Positions 55,334-64,000 of a DNA stretch of 64,000 bases are shown here, piece after piece. A program made the position numbers and the translations under genes. The stretch covers positions 10,292,001-10,356,000 of the forward strand of contig NW_024704762.1 in the NCBI RefSeq assembly GCF_018977255.1, written 5' to 3'. The notes under the pieces are model-generated. The model was given only the letters and a program-made list of their open reading frames with translations, had not been told where the DNA came from and searched no databases. The stretch is from Callorhinchus milii (taxonomy: Eukaryota). Position 1 is the first letter of the stretch. Each line of letters opens with the position of its first letter.

Positions 55334-58300
55334 GTAAGAGACGATTGGTTTGCTTGTTTCTGGCGTTGCCTCCCTGTTGCGATGTGTTTTTGTTCTCGGC
55401 GGAATGATTGTTTGAGTTATGCCATGAACTGGATGTCCAGTGGTATTGAAGCTTAATAAGGATACCTCATTAATAGATTACCCTTAATGATTAATTTTTA
55501 ATTGGCCCATTGAGCACATGGCTTCCCAGGATGATGTGTAAGATTTCCAGCCTTTTAATCTATGCTGCACAAATCCTTACTGATTTTCTTTTTTCTCTTT
55601 TCCCCGTCCATCTCTGATGTTGCCACTACTTATTAATAATTACAGTTTTGTTGGGATGAGAGGGTGAGATGAACGTACTGCTTCAAATTGGCCCTGTAAT
55701 GTTTGTTAGACAATATTTCTAATCTTGTTTTATTGCTGTACAGAATAGATTTTTCAACTTTGTTTTTAAATGGCGACCTGTTCCGTGTGAATGAGTTAAT
55801 TGGTAATTAATTGATAGATAAAAACTAACCAGTAAAACTACCTCTGGTGTTTCTAAACAATTAAATTGCAAGAGTTTACCTCTGCTTTATTTCACAATTG
55901 AAGACAATTTTTCCATTTAAATGTAATTTTCTGGGAATACCAAATTAATATGTTATACACTTGTATATTTTTCCCATCCAACAGAAAATGCATAGACTTG
56001 TGAAAGATGTGGCCTTTTCTGTAATTATAGCACTGAAATGTGCACATTTTATCTGATTGTGGATTACACATGAATTGTCTCCTATTTTAATTATTTTTGT
56101 ATTTGCTTTATCCAGGGAAAAATTTGTACACAAATGAGTATGTGGCCATTAAACTGGTAAGTTGCAGTTTAAGTGCCTGTTCTTTGTTGTATCTGTAGCA
56201 GCAATAAAGATGAAGTCCAGAACTACTGACACTAAGATATTTGCTCGCACCTCTTGCCCAACTATGAGAGAAGAAATGTTTGTTGTTCAATGTATTAGCA
56301 CTTGTGTCGCCATAGCCACGCTGGGCCCACAATGCAAAGGATCCTTTTCCCTCTGGCCAAATGGTGCAGTTGAACAAGTTTAAAGGAATGCCAGGTTTGG
56401 TTGAACAGGGTGGAAATCCAAATTCATTGTGCGGAATAAATGGTTATGTTTATGTTTACTGTTCAGCAGATCTTTATACTAATATTGTTCATATGTTTTC
56501 TAGGAACCTATAAAATCCAGAGCTCCACAACTTCATTTGGAGTACAGATTCTACAAGCAGCTGGGAAATGCAGGTAGGAAATGGGTGTGAATGATTGTGT
56601 CTGTCGTTCAGAACTGGTGAGAATATTCTGTCGCTCTTAACAGTGTTTGCTAACCTTGCAAAAACAAATCAAACTTATGTAACTTATCTGTAGATGTGTC
56701 TTGCTTATCAATGGTTATGTTAAGTAGTTCTTGTTGTCTAGGATGAAAGAGGCTGTGGTAACCAAAGGAACCGACCATGAATAATGTCCATTTCTAGTTT
56801 TGCTTCCTTTTTTGTCAATTTAATAACAGAACCACCACTTACTGCTTCCACCCCCATTTTCACCTGAGCTATTTCTTGGTTAGTTGGGGGGGGGGAGGTG
56901 GTAAGTGGTGATTGGAATTCAATTGTTTCTCCCCAAAAAAAACCTATGGGATGCTACCTCACTGTTTTATTGACAGACAGTGAATCAAACCGTCCCCTGC
57001 TATATGGCAAACAGTACAGTGCCTGCTGGACATCAGAGGAGCTCTAAACTCTTGTGCTTTAATATTTTCAAAAAATATTCCGTCATCCCCCCCCCCCCCA
57101 CTCCAGCAGGCTGCTGCAGCTCGCTCGGAAAACCTGCCTTTTTTAATTGACTCCTGAAACCGGAGCATTGGAGAATCAAGGCACAAAATAATGTATCAAA
57201 ACATGGGGAGTAATGTGAGACGCAGCAAACCAATTCTTGAAGTGCTAAACACCTGCTCCGTCTGGGAAGTGGGATTCTCGCTGTGATTGGAAGCTACTGA
57301 TTAAATGCATTTTGCTTTGACAAGATACTGATTTCTATGTTTTATTTCCCCCAAACTGCAGCAGACGCAGAGAGGTTTACACCTTGCTCTCTTTGGCAAT
57401 AGCTAATTGGAAACTGCTTCTCCCCAATTTGATGTGCTGCGTATTGTCTGTGTAATCGGTGTTCTGTGTAACAACAAATTGTAGTATCCTGGCTTGGGAA
57501 AAATCTCTCCCTAAAGGTCAGTGGTCCTCAGTCCTTCAGAGAGAGAGCGAGAGAGAGGAAGAATGGGGGATGCTTCTATTTCAATCTATAATTGCACATT
57601 CTGCACTATTGCAGCCAGATTGCATCACCATCTAAATTAAATCATAAAACAGAGTTGTGCTGTTACAAGGGTTTGTATTTTGTTTTTCAGGGCTGTGTAA
57701 TGCGTTTGAATGATTTTTCTGCTCTGGAGATTATTGGACATCTCTTTGGTGGAGTGCTTTCCAGGGGGTAATAATCCCTTAAAAAAAATTGGTCACTCAG
57801 TCCACAATTGTTTGTGGGACACTGTTGTGCGCAATTGGTTGCCACATTTCGCCCACAAAATACACAGTCAATCCACTGGACAATATATTCTGTGAAGCGC
57901 CTTGAGACATCTCAATAGAATGATAAATGCAAGTATTGTTATGAAGTGTAACTGGGCTAGAGAGGTGATAATTAGTCAAGAGATTGCGCTCTTGTCAGTT
58001 ACCTTGAGTTCTCTATGGGAATGGCTCCCGAGTCGTGGTGTGAGGAACAGGAGCGAGTGATCTCTCCTCCTTGCTCCAATCCTGCTAGTGTTCAATCCCC
58101 CGAGGCTCATACATGAATAATGGCTTCTCGGGTGAAGCTCTTGAGGGCAAATCCCAGTGGCAGGAATGAAAATGTCACTAGTCGGAGAGAAAAATGAGCA
58201 CTTTCCTATTATAATTCTACACAATTTTCACTTGTTGAGCCGCTCAATAATGGTTTCCTTGTCTCTTTTCAGAGGGAATTCCTCAGGTTTACTACTTTGG

Positions 58301-61300
58301 CCCCTGTGGGAAGTACAACGCCATGGTACTGGAGTTACTGGGACCTAGCTTGGAGGATTTATTTGATCTTTGTGATCGGACATTTTCACTTAAAACTGTA
58401 CTAATGATCGCTATACAGTTGGTAAGTAGGACATTCTGCCAACCATTGCTGTGTGAAGGGAGGTTGGGTTCACCAGATTCATTGGGAAAGTAGTCGATGT
58501 ACAATTGGGGTTTGCTCTGCTGTACTTTGCGGATGCTGACCTCGGCATTGTGGTTTTGTCTCTCAGATTACACGGATGGAATTTGTACACAGTAAAAGTT
58601 TGATATACAGAGACGTTAAGCCGGAGAATTTCTTAGTGGGACGACCGGGGAGTAAACGACAGCATACCATTCACATCATAGACTTTGGCCTTGCCAAAGA
58701 ATACATAGATCCAGAGACCAAAAAGCACATCCCGTACCGAGAGCACAAGAGTTTAACCGGGACGGCACGATACATGAGTATAAACACACATCTGGGCAAA
58801 GGTAAGCTGTGAGGATGCTGGTTGAGCAAGCGCCTCCTAGTGGCGCAGGGCTGCATGGTCACTGTTGCGATCGGCCATGAATCTGTATGTTGCATCCGAT
58901 CACTTTCGAGTTGCTTTTAATTTCACTGCCAACTTCCTTTTTTGCTGCTTCTCAGTTGACTGCTTTGTAGCTCCTATCCTGCTTGCACCACATTTAATAG
59001 CAGTAAGCCTTGCATTTTTCATTTTTTGTGTTTACGTCTCATGTGTTTATGTTATAATATGAATATTTTGATTCCAATATAGAGTTTTACAGCGCAAAGG
59101 GAAGCCACTCTTCTCTTGCTTTTGGTGTCTCTCTGACTGCCTGTATACTGGGAAAGATCTGATCAGTTTCAACTTTTTTATTATATATATATATATGAAC
59201 ATAAAAACTTGCTAGTTGAAAGAAGACCAACGTCCATCCAATTCACCTTCCACCATATCACTTGATATGTCATGTGCCAAACTGTATACCGTATTCTGAG
59301 ATATTATTTATATAGTAGGAGCTTCCAATACTCTGTGGATGTATAAGATTAGAAACTCCCACGGTTTGCAAAGTGGGCTTTTATTTGAGCTGAGTTCGGC
59401 TGGTGCAAAAACACAGCTGGGCATTTATTCACGAGGGAGGGGGGTAAGGGGGGGAACATTACCCAGTACAAGACTGCTCTTACACGCGTCTCCTTCTGGT
59501 TTTCTTAAGAACTCACTTTCACAGGTTTGATTGCTTTCTGCCAAATCGTGCCCAGGGAACCGTAGGAGATGAGGTTTTTATAAAGAAAATCAATCCAATA
59601 TCCAATTGCTTTTATCGTTCTACAAACACTCGTACACTTTTCATCTTTCAAAAGATGCCCCCCAAAAATGTTTTTATCGCGGACAACTAAAGCAAAGTTG
59701 ATGTAGAACTTGGCAGCTCACGTGTTCCTCTGCAATAACTGGATGTGAATTGTGCGATGTATTTGTTCACAGAACAAAGTCGAAGGGATGACCTCGAAGC
59801 ACTAGGGCACATGTTTATGTACTTCCTCCGAGGTAGCTTGCCATGGCAAGGTCTCAAGGTGAGTGAAACCCTAGACTGCAGGTTAAGTTATTCATGTCAG
59901 AGTATTGCTCTTGTGAGGAATATTGAGGAGCAGAATATGGCGCTATGTGGACAGGTCTGCTTTCTGTAGTTCAGTTTGATCATTTTCACAACTTTTTAAG
60001 GCTGCAGTATACTGTCAGAAGTGACATGTTAGCAAAGCCTGATTGTTTGGGGAAACTCAATGGATATAGTTGGTTGTGTTTAACTTTTTGCTGGTTTACA
60101 TGTTTTGGCATTCTTCCCAGTATTTCTAAGTTGACTCCCTGTTGATTTGTTGGTTTCTCACCAGGAAGTCTGTGACTGGTAAATAATTAGTATTCAATGC
60201 CTCGGAAATCTGAGTATCAAAATGCTTTTTGAGGCCCAGGGAGGAGGCTTTGAGGTCAGTCAGTGGTGGAGGTCCCTGTATAGTTATTTCCCTTCAGAGA
60301 AACAAATCATTGACTGACTCTTTACAGATGTCCTCTTAACATACTGTATTATAAATGTCATTTCAAATTACACTTATTTGCTGATGTGTCAAGTTACATT
60401 CTGTATGGAACTGTGTTGTGTGTGTTCTAGGCTGACACATTAAAAGAGAGATATCAGAAAATAGGAGACACCAAGCGAGCTACACCAATTGAAGTCTTAT
60501 GTGATAACTTTCCAGGTTTGAGACGTTTTTTCTTTTTAAAATAAGCTAAATAGCCTAGGATACAATCTCTGTAGAACTGTACTTTTGTTCATTGTTCAAA
60601 ATGATTGCTAATTCCTTGATTATAGCACGTGCACATCAAGAGAGAAAGTGACTGTCTTAAGGATAAGTGCTATCAGTGGTCTGATCTGTGTCCGAGTATT
60701 CACACTTGTAGGAAAGTTGTGGTTCAGAATCGATGGGGATGGGAAGCAAGATATCATCTCTTTCGGTTTCCTAAACAGACACAGAAAAGAAAAAGATGGC
60801 CTTCAATTGGTCTGAAGATAGACTAATGCTAACACCAGTGTTGTGTCGTGCAGTCCAAGTCCCTTACATATAGTTGCCTCCAAACTGAACTTCCGAAATA
60901 GATAACTGCAGACTTCAGTTGAAGAATGTTGTCAAACCAGTTGTCCCAAAAATAGACTGAAACGGGTTGAGCATAATTGTTGTTATGTTGACTTTCCTGC
61001 TCTCAAGTTTCCATCCTCTAGAATTGCTGTGACCACGAGAGAGATGTAGAACTTGACTTCATTTCATGTCTGTGTTTTAGAAGAAATGGCAACATATCTC
61101 CGCTATGTGCGAAGACTCGACTTTTTTGAGAAACCAGATTACGAATACCTGCGGAAACTCTTCACAGATTTGTTTGACAGGAATGGCTTTGTGTTTGATT
61201 ACGAATACGATTGGGTTGGCAAACCAATAGTAAGTATTTATAAATTTCACAATGGCTATTCAGACTCTTGTTTTTCCCTCTGAGCACCTCAGAACCGCAA

Positions 61301-61911
61301 GATAATGTGAGTCGTATAACCAGGTGCCCCAGGTCTAACCGGACAAAAGAAAAGATGCTCATTGAATGAAGTATTAAACTCCTTCCAAGATTTGAACACA
61401 TCCAAAAGGGACAAGCTTGGCTTCTGACTCTGTAAAAGCATAGTCTGATGCTTTGCCCACCACATCAGTTACCAGGGTCAGTGCTGCCCCAAATTGGCTG
61501 ATCTTATCTGGAGGTGGGTGTACACCACTATAATTGGCCTCAGTGTCATAGTCGAGATGAAAGTTGCCAGGGTTCTTTTTGCTGATTGTGGTCGGAAACA
61601 TTCGTGCTTGTGGTTGTCTAAGGAAGACCTTATCAGGCTCAACAGCAAAACTCTACACTTTAACACCATGTCTGGGCTCACACTTAGGCAAGATATCAAA
61701 CTGCTTCCGGCAGACAGGGATTGTCCTGAGGCGTCGTCTTCAGGATAGATGGGACTTAGTGAATAATTCAAGGATAAAAAGTATTTTTGTATTGCCTTAA
61801 ATATTAATCTTTTTATTACAACTTCAGCCAACTCCCATTGGTTCAATCCACGCTGACATGGCGCTCTCTCCAACCAACCGAGATAAAGCACAGCAACAAA
61901 CCAAACATCAG
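55150..61911 (+). CDS. CSNK1G2: Casein kinase 1 gamma 2; 3' partial (continues beyond window)
   Basis: join(55150-55333,56116-56156,56504-56573,58273-58421,58567-58801,59773-59858,60431-60515,61081-61229,61828-61911). N-terminus [14 protein letters not shown] is gamma-2 type; motifs [37 protein letters not shown]; no stop codon within the window. Confidence 0.96.
56116..56156 (+). CDS. CSNK1G2: CSNK1G2 exon 3
   Basis: [14 protein letters not shown]; 41 nt. Confidence 0.94.
56504..56573 (+). CDS. CSNK1G2: CSNK1G2 exon 4
   Basis: [23 protein letters not shown]; 70 nt. Confidence 0.94.
57765..57940 (+). mobile_element. SINE 3' half in CSNK1G2 intron 4
   Basis: Core and tail of the family. Confidence 0.8.
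58273..58421 (+). CDS. CSNK1G2: CSNK1G2 exon 5
   Basis: [50 protein letters not shown]; 149 nt. Confidence 0.95.
58567..58801 (+). CDS. CSNK1G2: CSNK1G2 exon 6
   Basis: [23 protein letters not shown]...[11 protein letters not shown]; 235 nt. Confidence 0.96.
59773..59858 (+). CDS. CSNK1G2: CSNK1G2 exon 7
   Basis: [29 protein letters not shown]; 86 nt. Confidence 0.95.
60431..60515 (+). CDS. CSNK1G2: CSNK1G2 exon 8
   Basis: [28 protein letters not shown]; 85 nt. Confidence 0.95.
61081..61229 (+). CDS. CSNK1G2: CSNK1G2 exon 9
   Basis: [50 protein letters not shown]; 149 nt. Confidence 0.95.
61828..61911 (+). CDS. CSNK1G2: CSNK1G2 exon 10
   Basis: [28 protein letters not shown]|gtaag; 84 nt. 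Confidence 0.92.
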
Positions 61912-64000
61912 GTAAGGAGCAGGGAATGAGATTCTCGAGTGATGATCTACATTAGATCTGTAAATGTGTGACACATACGTACGCACCTACACCACCGTTC
62001 TAATGTTGCCCATACAATTACACCCCATGTTACATCTGGTTGCTGCTGGCATCACTTCTTACGTCCGGTACAGACTGATGGGCCAGCTTCCTGTACTTGT
62101 GCTAGCCCGGCTAGTGAGGCACGCAGGAAGGTGGCCAGTCATTGCTGCAGTTCACTGCACTTCCGGCTGCTGTGGGTCCACAGGACACTCGCATCATAAG
62201 CAAACCTGGGCTTCAGTGAGGCTCCTGGTCACAGCGATGCCTTCTAATTGATGCCATTCAGACTGGGCAGCGAAGTGTGGCTTGATTCTAAAGATCCGTT
62301 CACAATAAACCAACCCCCTCCAGATTCCATCCAGCAGCTCTAAAATGTCCACTGCTGTCTGCCCCCCACTGTATTCCGTCGCACAGCAGACCTGCTTACC
62401 TGCTGAATGGTGTGTGTGAACGCTGCCATTATCTTGCATTAGGTTGAATTGCACCTTTTTATTTGGGCTTTAAACTGGTATCTGAAGAGTAATGTGATTT
62501 TATTTATTTGGATCTGTGGGAAATTGCCATGAATTCAGGTGTCTGATATTCAGGTACACAGTACAGTGAAGCCTTGGCACTGGGTATTTGTGGAATATTG
62601 ATCTTCAGTGTTTACCCACTTGGCCATTCGATGAGCACAATGACATCTTTCTACCTAATCTGGTCCATTATAGACAGCAACACAAACTGGGCTATGTGTT
62701 GGTGAGATCACAGCAGCACGACTGTGATGGGTTTCTGTAGCTGGCTGCTAGACTGTGGTGTATTATACTCTGCCTACTGCTTAGTGTGTGGAATGTGGCA
62801 GGAGTTGGACTCCAGCATGTCGGCTGATGAGAGATTTGCCAACACTTTTCTTCTCATGGTCTTAACTATTAGTATTAACGGATGTGACCCCAATCCAGGC
62901 TAAATGTACACCGTGGCTTGTAACTGGGCATGTGAACATGCTCGGTTAAAGCATCCTTTACATTTGTGGTTTTAATTTAACCATTTCATTCTCATTGGTT
63001 TACTCCCAATAATTCAACAATATTCTCCTTGTATCTGTTCTGTATACAAGATGTGCATGTCGTACATACACCATCACAACTGGAATTTGTCACTTGTGCA
63101 AGGGTTACAATTTCAGGTTCAGTTTGAGTAGAAAGGTGGGTTGTGTTGGTCAAATGCCTTGAAATGACCATCAATCTTGTTTGTACATCAGGTGCAATTT
63201 TTGTTGTTGTGAACTTTGGAGTATAATCGCAGCAACTGATCATACACATATTATATACACACACACACAGAAAGTTTAGGCCCAAATGACCGTGGACAAG
63301 TCTTGGATTGGCGATGTGAAGCTGTCAGGCACACATTAACTTGGGGTGTGTATGTACCATGGCTGACGAACGATTTGCACCTGAATATCAGTCCTAAGTT
63401 GCACTCATCTTAGTAAACAATACATATCTGAAATAATAATAATACTGATGATCCTTATAATTGATCTAGCCCTTTTACGTTGGGACATCTCAAAGCACTT
63501 CACAGGATTCACTGTAAAGTGTAAGGACTATTTTGTAGGTGAATATATGTTTTGGTTTATACAGCGTTAAGACTTACTTGTATTTTCCAGTGGGATCATT
63601 TCAGTCTTTAAGTTAGAGATCTTATTTGTTAGCTTAGAGCCCGGGTAAACAAATAACAAACAATATAGCTCTTTATCACGTCTTTGAGACGTCTTAAAGT
63701 GCTTCACAGGATACACTGTAAAGTGAACTGATTGTGTATTTTGTGGGTGATACACCAGGATGGTCCTGTAGCTAAACCATTGCCTTTATTTTTGTTTGCT
63801 GCTCACTGTATCGCTTCACTTACAGTCAATACTCCTCACTTTGCTTTACTCTTAACACACTCTGCAATTTTAATTTTGCCGATTTATTTAATGATTTGCA
63901 TGTGTATAATTGCTCAGGTTCTGCTTGCTTTGAGCATGATTTTCCCCTCATGTTTTTTTTGTTTTCCTTCTGTCTTGTCTATTTTTTTTTAAACATTGGC

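Noticed and set aside
63780-64000. Additional CSNK1G2 exon
   Set aside because: Pyrimidine-rich and probably leading to an acceptor beyond the window; no coding match inside

Overview
Vertebrate genomic DNA, not prokaryotic. The tRNA-derived SINE and L2/CR1 landscape suggests a cartilaginous fish, possibly a chimaera such as Callorhinchus (inference). Three spliced + strand genes were reconstructed by hand from GT-AG junctions. (1) A ROR-family (NR1F) nuclear receptor, 9 coding exons at 10114-15821, with its first coding exon not found; the variant AF-2 (PLYREVF) and its neighbours suggest the fourth paralog, ROR-delta, which mammals lack. (2) SCAMP4, complete at 229 aa, with a ZNF143/E-box/ETS CpG promoter; the nested ADAT3 exon known from mammals is absent from intron 1, which instead holds a ~135 bp inverted repeat pair. 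(3) CSNK1G2, with a CCAAT/GC/NRF1 promoter, an ~18.5 kb first intron and coding exons running off the window end. Also present: a near-identical 1.57 kb duplication (1-1570 vs 6722-8284), an 18-bp minisatellite, many SINE/LINE fragments, an in-frame stop-free last ROR intron, uORF and circRNA-prone architecture in CSNK1G2, and hints of an antisense spliced transcript upstream of ROR. Most ORFs in the supplied track are spurious. No searches were run.
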